The notes beneath the pieces are model-generated. The model was given only the letters and a program-made list of their open reading frames with translations. It made no database searches and was not told the DNA's origin. The translations under genes and the position numbers were made by a program. A stretch of 64,000 nt of DNA, taken from NCBI RefSeq assembly GCF_964204645.1, contig NW_027437458.1, positions 1 to 64,000 of the forward strand. The letters are read 5' to 3'. Below, piece after piece: positions 1 through 13,745 of this stretch; position 1 is the first letter of the stretch, and each line of letters begins with the position of its first letter. The DNA comes from Tubulanus polymorphus (taxonomy: Eukaryota; Animalia; Nemertea).

Positions 1-783
1 CATATCATACATCGCTGGAAAGCTTATGAACTGACCTTATTGAAAAATGCGTTTATTTGATAATCCGTTCCGAAACCGGCGACAAGCGAGGTGATAATAC
101 GCACCGAACCGATAAATACGCACTTTAAGCGTCACTGAACCGCCATTGAGGGTGTGACGTCACGGGCTCTGAGGACTGATAAATTCGCGATACGTGATTG
201 GTCGACTGAATATGTCAATTATCTAGCGTTGCATGCTGGGATTTCTCATGACGTCACGCAGTTAATGGCGGCCGGAATACACTTGGAAATCGTATTTATC
301 GCATCAATCTGGATTATCAGCTCGCCAGTCGCGGGTATCGGAACGGATTATCAAATAAACGCGTCTGTCAATAAGGTCAGTTCATAAGCTTTCCAGCGAT
401 GTATGATATGTGAAGATTAACGTCCGGGAACCGCGTCAAATCATCGTTTTTCGTCGGGAATTGAGCACTTCAAGCCGTCCTAGTAATTCCGGCTTTGGAT
501 ATTTTGACCCGTTTTTTCGGATTTGAGTCGTGATTTCTCGGGTGTCTCTTATCCGATTTTGTCGCGGAAGGTCTCAAACGAAAAAGTAACCTCTTAGGAA
601 TGAAACGAAACCAATTTCGAGCGAATCGGCCGATGGGTTACGAAGTTATGAGCGATTGAAATGAGAAGGTCAATTCTAGTATGTCAAAATGTTAGCTCCC
701 TTTTCTTTTTTTATAGGTGGTACCCAGGATACTGGGTCAAATCTTTGATTTTGGACCCCCAGCTATCGTAACGAGCCCCTGTG
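1..783. mobile_element. Right part of a long foldback non-autonomous DNA transposon with P-like CACAGGGG terminus; left end lies outside the window
   Basis: 1-73 is a near-perfect reverse complement of 338-410 (axis ~205). Ends in gagcccctgtg at 783, the same terminus as at 2254 and related to those at 3054 and 5941. Confidence 0.65.
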
Positions 784-2254
784 TATGAAAGCTAATAGCT
801 TCCTGCTTCTAACGAAACCAATCCCGTTAACTTCCGATGAAAAGTTCGTGAATTATATGTCTTTGAACGCGAAATTACGGCCGAAATCGCAGGTCATCCT
901 TATGACCAAGATGACGTATTTTACCGAGATGAACCGAGATGAAATGAAATATAGCATATTTATTTATTTCTTATCGATTTTAACACTTGAAATCATGTTA
1001 TATCAGTAATAAATACCTTCTAGAGTCATATTTTACATATTTTTTTATTTAAAAAAATTTTGACTTCAAATATGTAAACTCGGTTAGCAATAAAATTTCA
1101 TTGAATTTGATTGATCGACGATCTTATCTCGGTAAAGTTAAGTTATTTTTTTACCAAAATATCCGACAAAATATGTAAAATATGACTCCAGCAGGCGTTT
1201 ATTACTGATATAATATGATTTCAATGGTAAAAATCGATAAGGAATAAATAAATATGTCATATTTAATTTCATCTCGGTAAAATAGGGCCTACGTCATCTC
1301 GGTAATAAGGATGACCGGAAATCGCCTGGACCGAAAATGCTATGACGCCGGTTTTTGCCGATTTCGAAATTTAAAACGTTGAGTTCGACACGAAATCCTT
1401 CACCGATTTTGATGATCGATGGCTTTAAATGCGCAAAACATTCTATATTTTTTGGATATTGCGGTTGTTTCGTTAATCCATACGATCTTCCAGCTTTGCA
1501 AACGCGAATTTTCCGATTTTACGTCAATTCACGAACTCCATGCTGGTCTCAAAATGCTTAGCGCAATGCCGAACCGAAATGAATTTTATTTCCAATTTAT
1601 TTTCTGTGTTTATTTACGTGAAATTCAGAATCTATTATAACCGGATCATGTTTATTCTAGCTTAAATAAGATAAAACATTATTTGATTGAATTGTTACGA
1701 AATAAAATTCACTGCGGACCTGTTGCTAGTTCAAGTTCAAGGTCGCCATCTTGAGATCGCGTGTCGAGTGCGTGAATTGACGTAAAATCGGAAAATTCGC
1801 GTTTGCAAAGCTGGAAGATTGTATGGATTAACGAAACAACCGCAATATCCAGAAAGTATAGAATGTTTTGCGCATTTGAAGCCCTCGACCATCAAAATCA
1901 GTGAAGGATTTCGTGTCGAACTCAACGTTTTAAATTTCGAAATCGGCAAAAACCGGCGTCATAGCATTTTCGGTCCAGGCGATTCCGGCCCTAATTTCGC
2001 GTTCAAAGACATATAATTCACGAACTATTCATCGGAAATTAACGGGATTAGTTTCGTTAGAAGCTGGAAGGTATTAGCTTTCATATCATGCCTGGATTAT
2101 CAGAATCGGATGAAAAATAACGAAAAAGTAAGCGACTGAAGTTGAGTAGTTTGTGAGCATCGTTAGCCCCCTTGTTATTTTATATATACTTTATACATTG
2201 GATTAACAGATTATCGTTTTTACATTACCTACAACTCTGATACGAGCCCCTGTG
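784..2254. mobile_element. Foldback non-autonomous DNA transposon (P-like terminus); left arm interrupted by two insertions
   Basis: 784-890 plus 1326-1533 are the reverse complement of 1771-2086. Right terminus is acgagcccctgtg ending at 2254. Confidence 0.7.
891..1317. mobile_element. MITE with 8-bp target-site duplication
   Basis: TIRs ggtcatccttat.../...ataaggatgacc. GAAATCGC at 883-890 and 1318-1325. The opposite arm of the host foldback (~1975-1990) shows the empty site. Confidence 0.85.
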
Positions 2255-2280
2255 TCGGGGTCTTTTTTTTAGGACCTAGC

Positions 2281-3054
2281 CACAGGGGTTTGGCGATGGG
2301 CTTGGATTTTATTTCCGGTTTGTTGATAATCTCGCGAGAATGGCGCTAAATATGAACTGCGAATAAATTCAAAATATCATGGAAATACCTTGTGTTTATA
2401 TTGTTTATTTATCCGCTATATAATGTTCCGATAAAGAATTGGTCGTTAAGAATCATCACCAGACGGTCGTCACGCTTAACTATATAAAATCACAAGGGAT
2501 GAAACACCGTTCAATTCGTGCCAGCCAGAAAGTTGGGACAGTCACGTGACTTAACACTTCTCATTTGACTGAATGCAAACCTGAAGCATCTAAGATGGAA
2601 ACTATAATATGAAAAATATTTGAGAATAACACATTCAAATGCATTTTTTGTCTATGAATTATGTATTTGATCATAATTTATTGTTTATAAGTTATTAATT
2701 TCATATGAATCATAATCTGACAATTGATATCGGTCTGTGAATATGTTAACTTTTCATGTTAAAGTTTTAAATGTGATGACATCATCAGAATGTCACGTGA
2801 CTGTCCCAACTTTCTGGCTGGCACAACTCTGAAGGTGTTTCATCCCTTGTGATTTTATAGAACGTCACGACCGTCTGATGATGATCCTTAACGACCAATT
2901 GTTTATTGGAACCTTATAGCGGATAAATAAACAATATAAAGACAAGGTATTTCCATGATATTTTGAATTTATTCGCAGTTCATATTTAGCGCCATTCTCG
3001 CGAGAGTATCAACAACCCGGAAATGAAATCCAAGCCCATCGCCAAACCCCTGTG
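2281..3054. mobile_element. Nearly fully palindromic MITE, P-superfamily-like (CANRG ends, 8-bp TSD)
   Basis: cacaggggtttggcgatggg...cccatcgccaaacccctgtg with arms of about 270 bp. GACCTAGC is duplicated at 2273-2280 and 3055-3062. Confidence 0.88.
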
Positions 3055-3095
3055 GACCTAGCCGTCGTTTATGCAGCCATTGTTCTACTACATAC

Positions 3096-4743
3096 CAGTG
3101 CTTCATCTAGCCAAAAATAGAAGGGCGGTCTGCCCCGCCCCCGAAAGTAGCCGCCCTTGTGTCCTTAACCCTTTCGCTGCGTACACGCTTGCACCGCCCC
3201 GTACGTAAGGTATTTTCCGAAAAATTCGATTTTTTTCAAATTGTTTTTAACCCCGATTTTTCGCGTTTTTATCGAAGATTATGATGTTATTTAGTGAAAA
3301 TCAGTAAAAAATCATACCAACAGCCTTTTCTGTAGGGGGGGGCGTGTTGGGGGGGGGTCAGGATGGGTTAGAAATTTTTTTTTTTCAGTTTTTCACCCAA
3401 GTGCCTATCTCAGTCTTTGGTGATTGATGCTACGGTGTGGATGAAAGAAATTCAATTGATATGGGATATCCTTTTCTGCTGGTAGAGGTACGTAAGTGGG
3501 GAGCCATCTCAATCCCGCGCAAATTACCATGTGCTCAACAGGCTGACAGCACCAACTACTGACGCATTTTCGCCATCTGTTGTTTAGAAAGCTAACTATC
3601 TTGTCTTACATGCGTTTCCATACTGTTTGCTGTGTACGCGTTCGAGTTATAAATCAAAAGGTGCATGACGTTTCTACAACGTCATACGCACAGCACGTGT
3701 CACTCATATGACGTTTCCAAAACGTCACACGTAGCGAAAGGGTTAAGATGTGTCCCATGCTCGCCCTTGTGCCCTCATCACTTGCCGTATGTCCGCCATC
3801 CTTCCCTTGTCAGTCACGAGTAATGAGTCAGGGCTTTCAAAATAAGCCGACGCATCCGACTGTTAGTAAGTTTCCTGCGACGGCTATGAAATATCTCGTA
3901 TGATATCAACGATAGTAGCTCATGTGTTCAGTGGTTATATTCAAATGTACTGCAGTCAGTGTGCATCGTGTGAAAACGTGCCTCAGACGCGTGGCCTAGT
4001 TTAAATTTCCAGGAAATTGGCTGGCTTCCAAACTGCTGCCAATCATTCTAGCGACTGCCGTTGTAAAGCTGGTAGTGTATATTCGATGGATTGTTTCGTT
4101 TTGAACACATCGTGATGCTCTGGATCTTTTTATCTAGACTAGGCCTATTAGACAAATTTTATGTAGGCCCTATACAAGGTGAAAAACTTTGTTCGGTGAA
4201 CTCACAGAGAGACTCGCACAGACAATTAGTTTGAGTAGCCTAATAGCAATAATGTGTTCTTAAGCTGGCTGCTTACCAATTATCAACAGTTACTTGCCAA
4301 TCACTAACACTATCAATTTAAATCAATTAATTTGATATTTCTAAGATTAAAAATATGCAATTTCATGTACAATATTGCTGGCTCTTTTTCGCTGTATTTG
4401 CTACTTGAGATTGCTTTTTTCTGCAATTTTTTTGTCTGCAACTGGTTTTCCAAATCATTTTGAAAGCCCTATCTAGATTAACTTTTGTTCATTGACAGGC
4501 ATAGGTGTAAGGGTGTACTGTGGTCAAGTGTGTCACTCATGGCAAAATCAGAGTTAAACATAGTTTCTAGTCCTCAATCGTAGTAAGGGGTACCTCGATT
4601 CTATGCAATAGGGAACATTGCAGTTTGCCCCTAAAACAGACATGAGCGCGTTATTATGTGCCCTTGCTCCGATGGAATCACGCACAAAAATGCCCTTATT
4701 TGAAATCAGCACCCTGCCCTTTTTAATGCTAGATGAAGCACTG
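3096..4743. mobile_element. Non-autonomous DNA transposon with hAT-like CAGTG termini
   Basis: TIR cagtgcttcatctagc / gctagatgaagcactg. Flanked by a catac direct repeat (5 bp only). Confidence 0.6.
3169..3742. mobile_element. piggyBac-type MITE
   Basis: TTAA|ccctttcgctgcg ... cgtagcgaaaggg|TTAA. Confidence 0.8.
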
Positions 4744-4860
4744 CATACAAACAACGTCTAGGGCGAAAGTGCTCATGTAAGGTTAATATTCGTCCCTCAT
4801 TTTGCGAGACGAGGCTTTGAGCGTCTATTTCACCCCCTAAAACACCATCAACTTACCTCG

Positions 4861-5303
4861 GGTCCTCCTAATTACCGAGATGATACAATGAACCGAGAAT
4901 GAGATGACATGAAGTATAAAGGGCCCTAGGCTTATAGCATTTTTGTTAATTTCTTAACCGTTTTAACACTTGAAATCATGTAATATCAGTAATAAATACC
5001 TTCTAAAGTCATATTTTGTAGAATAAATATTGACTTCCAATACGACATCTCGGTCAGCATTAAAATTTCATTGAATTTGATTGATTGACGATCTCATCTC
5101 AGTAAAGTTAAAAGTTATTTTTTTACAAAAAATACCCGACAAAATATGTAAAATATGACTCAAGCAGGTATTTATTACTCATGTAATATGATTTCAAGTG
5201 TTAAAATCGATAAGGAATAAATAAATATGTTATAGGCCTAATTCATGTGATCTCGGTTCATCTCGGTCAATTGCGTCTTCTCGGTAATAAGGTCAGGAGG
5301 ACC
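4861..5303. mobile_element. MITE, second copy of the 891-1317 family
   Basis: ggtcctcc...ggaggacc ends; internal sequence aligns with 891-1317 (e.g. ttaacacttgaaatcatg, tcagtaataaatacc). Confidence 0.8.
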
Positions 5304-5940
5304 GAAAACCTCAAACTGACTAGTCCTCTCAAAAAATAGTTAATGTGAAGCAACATAACAAATATGGCGGCTTTTTGTGGTGCATGATGGGAGTGTAAAT
5401 TACGGATTCGGACTTGAACTTGGACTGACATTGATGCCAATGCAGATATTATTCTTGTTTCAAATTCTTAAGGTTAAAATTGACCAAATCTTTTGGGTTT
5501 TATCAACAAGAATTAACATAATCTTAGAGAGACATATTGAATAAGTAATTTTAGAGAAACATATTGAATTTTTACATTTTATTGATTTAGTCCGTATTGA
5601 AAATCCCGATTGTGACAATCAATTCATATAAAATCAATAAATAAGTTTGCGATTTAAATCATCAAAAATATTATTATAAAACACGTTTTCAATGTCAACA
5701 AGGTAACTACTTAATTTATTTTAGTACAAAGGTTTGATCTGTCACTAAAATCAGTTGTTGCATTGCAATAAACAGGAGTTAGCCTAACCTCTATATGATA
5801 CTTAAGCGTCAGACGTAGGGAACAGGTAACAACGACTGGTATTTAGACTACACCTCGGAAGGTTCAATCAGCCCCTAGTTAGTTACCTAATCGTTGGTGG
5901 TAATCTTTTTATAATCGGATTAGCTTATGCCAACCATGAG

Positions 5941-6352
5941 CACAGGGACTTGACATAGGCCTAAAAGGATTTTGACCCCAGTATCCTATAGTTACTATAG
6001 CATGAAAAGACAAGGGAGCTACCTCTCCTTCAGATCGGTCGATAGGTATTGGAAGGTCACTTCAACAGTTCGTAACTTTGTTATTAATAATCCAATCCGC
6101 TTCAAGTTAGATTATTCTTAAAGATAACAAATTTCTGCGTTAGACCGAGTAGTTCGGAGAAAGATTTGAGTGCCTTTGAGATTGTTAAACTGTGCGATTA
6201 ATCCGAAAAAATCAGCAAAATCAGTCTGTACCGCACCAGCCTGGAAGTAAAAATGACCATGATTTTTTAAAACAAACAGTGCTTTCGACCAGTAATTCTG
6301 AACCGATTTTTACAAACATTTTACAAACTGATTTTTGTGTCAAGTCCCTGTG
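5941..6352. mobile_element. P-like MITE related to the 1-783 element
   Basis: TIR cacagggacttgaca / tgtcaagtccctgtg. 5968-6022 resembles the reverse complement of 691-745. No clean TSD. Confidence 0.6.
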
Positions 6353-6361
6353 CATCTGTGG

Positions 6362-6720
6362 TTTGGGTCGATCGGACTCAAGATGGTTGTCCTAGGACCT
6401 GTTAAGTGTCCAAAAATGTTAATTTTGGCCAGAATTCTGAGTCCTGTAGCTTCCTACTGGTTTGCCATTTCTCATTGCAATTTGTGATGGGTATTCTTTG
6501 GAAAGGGGTGTTTTATACCTGAAACAGGTATATTTGATCAGCCAATTATGACGCAATTGGCGGCCATCTTGGTGTCATCAGTACTCATTCGTAGGTGGGT
6601 AAAAGTTTTTCGACATTAAGCCTACATTGATACCTAAGCATATTTTGTTACAACAATGAATTAGAAAGTTGTAGCTTATAACGTGTTCTATGATTGTGGT
6701 GAGTTTCAAGTTCATTTAAT
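6362..6720 (+). repeat. Internal fragment of HINE family A
   Basis: Aligns with ~38850-39190 (gggtcgatcggactcaagatgg ... ggcggccatcttggtgtc). Confidence 0.8.
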
Positions 6721-6729
6721 TTTATTTAT

Positions 6730-6965
6730 TTCATTTCGAAATGGTCAGGCACTGAGTTATATTTCTGACAGAAATGAAAATTAAGTTTATAAGCTGTTAG
6801 TGGTCGAATCTGAGAGGAGTTACATTTTATGAAAAAATTTTGGCTGGAAAGTGGAAAATTTATAATAATAATAATGATAATAATCAACTGAATTACAAGA
6901 GGGTTTCTGCGAAAGCAGCAGAAACCCTAAATATAGCTGCAAAGCAGTGTCAACGGGTTTCTGCC
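6730..6965 (-). mobile_element. HINE family C: 3' end of one copy joined to the 5' head of the next
   Basis: Minus strand reads cagaaacccgttgacactgctttgcagctatattt then agggtttctg...cagaaaccct and (att)n. Homologous to 16630-16860. Confidence 0.65.
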
Positions 6966-9319
6966 TTGCTTGTTTAAATGTCGCACTGGGAAGCGCACAA
7001 AGATTAAACCAAATAATTCTTATCATTTTATAACATGGGACTATTTTGAAGGAGCGCGACACATATCCTGGATATATGGATCCACAGGGCTACCACGTAA
7101 AAAGTACTGATGTATCTTGTTTGGTGCTTTCATACTTCCGTTGGGAGTTGCATGAACTAATCGTAACCGATGTTTCGATCTCGCCCTATAGAGATCATCG
7201 TCATGTGTCAGATCTCTAGGGTGAGATCGAAACGTCATGTATTTTATATATTTTATATTGTTGGAATAAATAAATTTCTTGATTTAAAAATTCTTTTAAT
7301 TTGTAGATAGTGGGTTTTTATCTTATAATCTGTTCACCACATTTGAGTGTGGTTTATCGTTCTATAGGCCTAATCGTACCCGTTGGCATAGCACTTATGT
7401 GTATATGTACCGGTACTTATACCATGTTTTCTGATGTGATCCAGCTGAAACTGAACGTAACCATGTGTACTCAATAAATGTTTATTGATTTCAACATGCA
7501 TTCGTGAAGCATTTTGATAGATCACATCACTAAAGATCTTGATTTGTGCTTAAAGGGTAACTGACACTTTTTTTTAAATTTCAAAATATGATGTATTCTA
7601 TTGATCTATACACTCATCTTCAACCGTTCTGTTCCAAAATGTTTAGTTAACGCGCAATTTGTGATTTTGTAACAAGATTTTTGACCTCATTTCGTTGTTT
7701 ACATCGCTTACTGTTCAGCGTCGGCTAAATCAGCAGGTGCGCGCTGCAACGTCATTACAGGCAGAGCTGAGAAATAGCGTCTATAGAAATACATTGAATT
7801 TTTAGGAAACTGCGTGTATTTTCTGTTATATCTCAATGCCAGATTGTTTTGCAACTTTGAAACTGGCCAGGGAGGTAAAAGGATCTATCGTCTATTGCAT
7901 AAACCTATTTCAAAGAATCAATGAGTAATTTGAATAGGCTAAATCGATCAAATTGAAGATGCAGATTTCAATCCGCTGCTATGAAGCTGTTTTAAAGTAC
8001 ACTATGCTAAGCTCTCAGCACTATTACTGCTGTTCCATAGTTCACCTATAGTTCAGCACCACAAGCAAACTACAGTGTCTTATGTGATCACAGATTTCGA
8101 TCTCGCTAAAGAATAAATAGATTCATATTCGTTTACTATTTACTATTTTTCAAAGTCATTTAAGACTAAGTAGGCCTAGTTTGAAAACTAACACTTCAAA
8201 ACTCTACAAAAACTTTCATAAATTTCTACAGCCTTTACAACAAATATTCAAAGGATTAATGTTTTTCGATTAAAGTTACACGCTGCAGAAGAGTTTTGAT
8301 AGAAACATCACAAATCTTTCACAAACATTATCTCTAAGTTTTAAAATAGGATGGATGAGGAAATATTCCTATTTTGTGACCAAAGTCGCTACCAATACGA
8401 GGTATATTTCAAGAAAAGAATTGAAATTATTCTTGCGGCTAATTCATAAGTCAAAATATTCTTAGATCTAACCATGATCTTACTTACTATCACTAAATGA
8501 TATTACAAAACGATGATTTAAACATCCATGTTCCCTGCTGTCTACTAGAAAATGCCATGGATTGCTATTCAAATCCTATTTTTGCGCTTAGTTTGAACGG
8601 ATATGGTCCGTTCAACAGCTAATTATAATCATTAATATGTAGACTTTCAAAATCAAGAGGCATTTTGTCTCAATTCGAATGCCAAATAGGTATAAAATTA
8701 AGTTGAATTGCTCTTGTAGCTTATTTCCTATTCATTTCTATAGACATCATTTCCGAGCCGTTACTTTAGTGACGTAGTTCTATTAATAGACACAGCACCA
8801 CGCGTTCAGCGGAAGCAATGTATACCCTGAACAGGTGCGCGAACATCAAAATCATCAATTCTGACTAGATAGAAAAGATTTTTCCAATTATGAAATCACC
8901 TAGCCTTATTGTATACTACTAGCTGAATACCCGTCGCTGACGGGTTTCTAGGGTGTGTGAACAGTATGGTTTTAATAGTGTCTCCTGGGTTATTAATATC
9001 AGATTGAGTTTCAGACGAATATAATATAATGCTGACAGGGATGGATAAACAGAAGGAAACCATAAGCAAATAGATGTAAAATAAAATGTATTATATATCT
9101 ATGAATTCATAAATTACACTTAAAAACGTTTCTACTTATGACGGCAACAATTTTCAAATGCGCAACAATTTCTTAAGGTACATTAATCTTTTTTGGGGCA
9201 AATAATTTAATGAAATTTTACATTAAGCCAACAATTCTGAAGAGTAGATAAACTGTTTCTATACGACATATTATTTCACAATTCGAATAGGGCAATTATA
9301 CATTGCATTGCAGTACTTA

Positions 9320-12300
9320 TTACAGTATTTCTTTATACACGACATTGTCCGTATATTTAATTTCACAGTTTTCATCATTGGGTTTGTGAGTACACAGAAG
9401 TTTGAGATTGCTGCACGATGTGACACGACTCATCGCTACGTACAGCTGACCATGCGAAAAGAAACTTGTAGGCAAATAGATACCAACACGATTCAATGTT
9501 TGACCTTGAGATTTGTTGGCAGTTATACCGAATGCTAACTTAATTGGGAATTGCCTACGTTGCATTTGGAATGGATACAAAGTATCACTGGGCGCCATCG
9601 GTATGCGCGGAATAAATAGTCGATTTCCTGCATGAACACCAGTAGCTATTACGGCCTCGATAACATGATCATGCAGATGGGTAATGATGTATCTAGTGCC
9701 ATTACAGTGTCCATGGGCGGGGTCTAAATTTCTGAGTAGCATTATTGGACAGTTTTGCTTTAAGATGAGTTTATGTGGAGGAAGTCCAGATGGGTTTAGA
9801 GAGTGGATGAATTCCAGAGGATACTGGTGCTCATTTTCCAGTACCGCATCTGAACTGAGATATTCACGCTGAGTACCGGAGAACTTTGAGATCATGCGGT
9901 TGTTGGCCTCCTCAACAGCTTTGTTAGTTGGAGCGATAATAGCCTTACTGCATAAGGAATCAGGGGTCACACTATCACCAAAAACAAAATCGCACAGATC
10001 ATCCAACTTGTTAGTCGGTAATGAAAGGTGATCAGGAACTCTAACGGTGTTGGGTCCAATGTCAGCGAATGTTTCAGTCGTACCATTACCTATTGACATG
10101 AGGTAGCTGGGGAAATCCTGATCATCTGAAAGTTGTAATCTCATATTTGCAACATTTTCACGTGGGGCCATATGTAGGAACGCTTTAGGGTAGCATCAAC
10201 AATTTGAGGTCGAGAACCATGACGGACGACAGGTAGAATTTGTAGCCAATCTCCCGCGAATACAACAGTAAGACCTCCAAATAGCAAGGGATTCTGACGT
10301 ATATCCTGTAATGATCTATCAAGACATTCAAATGTATGTTTGTTACCCATGGATACCTCATCAATTACCAAGAGTGTTGTACGTCTTAGCAGGTCAGCTG
10401 TAGCAGTATTGTTGGAGATATTGCATGTCGAGTCTTCTTTGACATTTATAGGAATTTTACATCTTGAATGTAGTGTTCTGCCATTGTCTAGGAGTGTGGA
10501 TGCAATACCAGAAAGAGCAGTTCCTAATGCTACGAAACCATTGCATCTTGCTGCCGTTAGAATAACGTTAAGCAAGTAGGTTTTCCCAGTTCCACCACTG
10601 GCATTTATGCAGAAAAGTTTGCCTTCATCATTCTGAAGTAATCCAATGACAGCATCATAAATGAGTTTTTGTTCATCATTTAAGGTTGGCAGCTTTTCTG
10701 TGAGTGCAGCGTGCAGTGCTGGCATATCATAAGACGTTTCTTCAGAAATTACTCTGGGCAAAGAGGTGACTGAATCCAATACTGGTAATGGAAGCGAGAA
10801 ATCCAATGCAAGATCCAGGCCTTCACGTTGAACTGCATGCTGTAACTGTAGTAGAACTTCATTCTCAACTCTGGCAGTAACGTGATCAACATCCATTTGG
10901 TGCATTATGTCCCTGCTTAACTCAGTTCTCCATTTGTTCCAAAACTGCAATGGGTCTGGTGGCCTGCAGTAGATTAGAAGTGTGGCAAAAAAGTTCCTTA
11001 ATTGTGACCCAAACTGTAGATTTGAGGCTTCTTCCATGGCACGATATATTTCTCCATCATCTGTTATGAGGCCGAGTTTCATGCATGCATCTTGGAATGT
11101 AGGGCATAGTTCACCGTTGATTGTTCGAAGGTCTTCATAGCTTGTGGCACCTGCCCGATGGTGTAGGAGCATTCGCAAGAAATACAGTTCAGTTTGATGG
11201 GCACTTAATGATATCGTGGGTATACGTCCTAATACATCGGTTGTTATTTCACCATTAGCATTGACTGTTCCACGTTTTCTTCGTTGCCATTTTTTACCCG
11301 ACGTGTTCCACGTGAAGTATCTTGGGAATTCTGGATACAGGATAGTTCTAGCAGTTTCATCCTCTGCATTCATTTGGTAGATGGCTGTCAATTTGGTGGT
11401 GGGCGGTCCATTTTCTACAACTGTAGCAGCATCACTTGCTTGGAACAGCACAGTTTGTTCTCCTGATAAATGACACGACAATTTCTCAACTGGAGGATAT
11501 TTTTGGTGAATGGGGAAGCCATATATCTTCCAGAACGCTTCACTTGCCGATATGTAGCGTGCATTGAGGTAGGTGGATATTTCATCTTGGGCTGACGATC
11601 CATCGTCCAATGAAACAATAACTTTGTCCTGTCCCTTTGTGATGTACTTATATAGATATTTCACGGCCTGTATAGAGTGAACGACTTCAACATTAATATG
11701 AGCATCATATCTGAGTGACAGCAGTGGGTTATATGGAACCACAAATGAGTTGTCGACATCAAAATCAGCACCTCGGATACGAATGGTGTGTCTTTAGCCC
11801 CCTTGATCTGGGGATCTTCGTCTGTAAACAGGGTAATTGTCGTCATGGACCACTGTTCGCTGAGAAAACATCTTTGGGAAATCTTTTGTGCATCTCCTGC
11901 TAATGCCAATACCATCCATTCAAGGACTCCCGGGATTTATTGTACCACATGGTCCATGTATATTATTTGCGGTTATTATTTTATGCAGCCGTGGATTGCA
12001 TGCTATATCGGGAATTTCTGCACTCACTACCTGGTCAATGATTTCCGGCGTCCTTGGCTTATCGTCGTTATCCATAATGAGCAATATGTGGGCATGTGAA
12101 AGCCCGCGTTTCTGCCACTCTATTGTTGCAGTATGTGCTTTCACGCGGCCCAACACATGCTTCTTCAGGAGGTTATCCATCAGAGAGTCAAATTTCAGTT
12201 TGAACACTCTTACAGCAATGTCTGGTCGATCATGTGCTCGCTCACCCGGATTTAGAGATTCCACTATTTCAGGCCACTTCGGATTTGTTGTAAAAGTGAT

Positions 12301-13653
12301 GAAATAGTCTGGTCGTCCAATGTATCGGACAATAGTCATCGCATTTTGAAATGCCTCTGAATAGAAGCGCGGAGATCCATATATTGTTGGTGGTAGAATT
12401 ATTTTTTTACCTGAGTTCATGACATCACCATTCTGTATGGCATCATGTAATCCTTGGTATTTTTCGGCTCTTATGGTCTTCTGGTGTAATTTGGCCCATT
12501 GCAGTCGGGACATTTCAATTTTAGCCCACTGATCTACTGCATACTGTTGTAACAAACGACGACTTTTCATTAGAATATTTGAATCATTTTTCCGAACATG
12601 GAGGCGGTACGAATAGAAATCTAATGCGGTGAGTGTTTTATTATCAGTGGTTTTCAGACCTAACTGCCAACCATCCGTTCCATATGGGAAGAGAAGAACA
12701 TAATGTAACGGATCATATGATCTGTGTAGATTACTGATTTTCTTTAAATCGCCTTCGCGAAATTGTACTATAACATCAGCATTTCCGCATACATCTCCGG
12801 GCAATAGAGCTGATACCTCAGACGAAGTTGGTAAGTTATATAATCTACAGTGCTCAAGCGATGGTTTCAATTTCTTGTCAGCATGTAGGATGATGCGAAT
12901 ATCTTCATCTGTGCTAGATGTCAGTTCTATGGCACTTTTAAATGACTGTACATATGAATTAACTTCGTGAAGGTATTGTTGCAATTTGGTCAGGATATCA
13001 TGATTCAATGCACTCATATGCAGCAGACGATTTTCAACCTCATTATCGGTGTCATAAAAAAATAACTGTGCGTATTTAGGCGTGGATGTCTCGTCTGGAA
13101 GTAAGGAACCAATCTGATGGTACATTTTACCTTGTATTTTAAATGTGGGATTAAAACCTGGAGGTGAAACAGTAGTACAGCCAATTGATGCCAGGGCTAA
13201 AGCATTATTGTATGCCCTTATATTGTTCAGAAAATGTTCATCATTATCAAAGAGATAACAAATATCTGCCGGTGGTGCAGGTATAGGTTCGGCAAAAATT
13301 TTCCCACTTTTGCAACACATGGATGGCTTTTCGTCTGGCCATCTGTACGCACTGCAATGTGCGCAGTTAATGTCATAAAGTTTTCTACAATTGTGGCGTA
13401 TGAGGTCATGAGGTAGTGTATCCTCATCAAAGTGTTCAGAAACTCCAAGTCTTAGAAAATCAGAATCCCTGAAATGGCGAGTTGGGGGTTCTGACTGTGA
13501 TCGTGCATCCAATCTCAGTGCTCTAACTCGGTCACGCATCCGACTTGTTCTTTCTTCTCTCTGTTGTGGACTTTCTTGTGCTCGCGTTGTTTTTCTAGCA
13601 GCTGCATCTTTTGATGACCGTGAAAGGGAACGACTGCTGGCCTTTTTAGGCAT
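9320..13653 (-). pseudogene. Helitron RepHel (HUH Rep + PIF1-family helicase) with two in-frame stops (~11921, ~11795) and one frameshift (~10150)
   Basis: Rep motifs FITFTTNPKW, EWQKRGLSHAHILL, YLYKYITKG. Helicase motifs SGGTGKT, IDEVSM, GDWLQILPV, TANKSQGQT, HGQLYVAMSRV. N-terminal CAHC...CC zinc motif. Confidence 0.95.
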
Positions 13654-13745
13654 TTTTAAAACCTCAACCAATTACCGTCAAAGAAAAAAAGTTAGTCTGC
13701 AATGAAATTACAAATTATCTTTTTATTATCAAAATGTTACAAATT

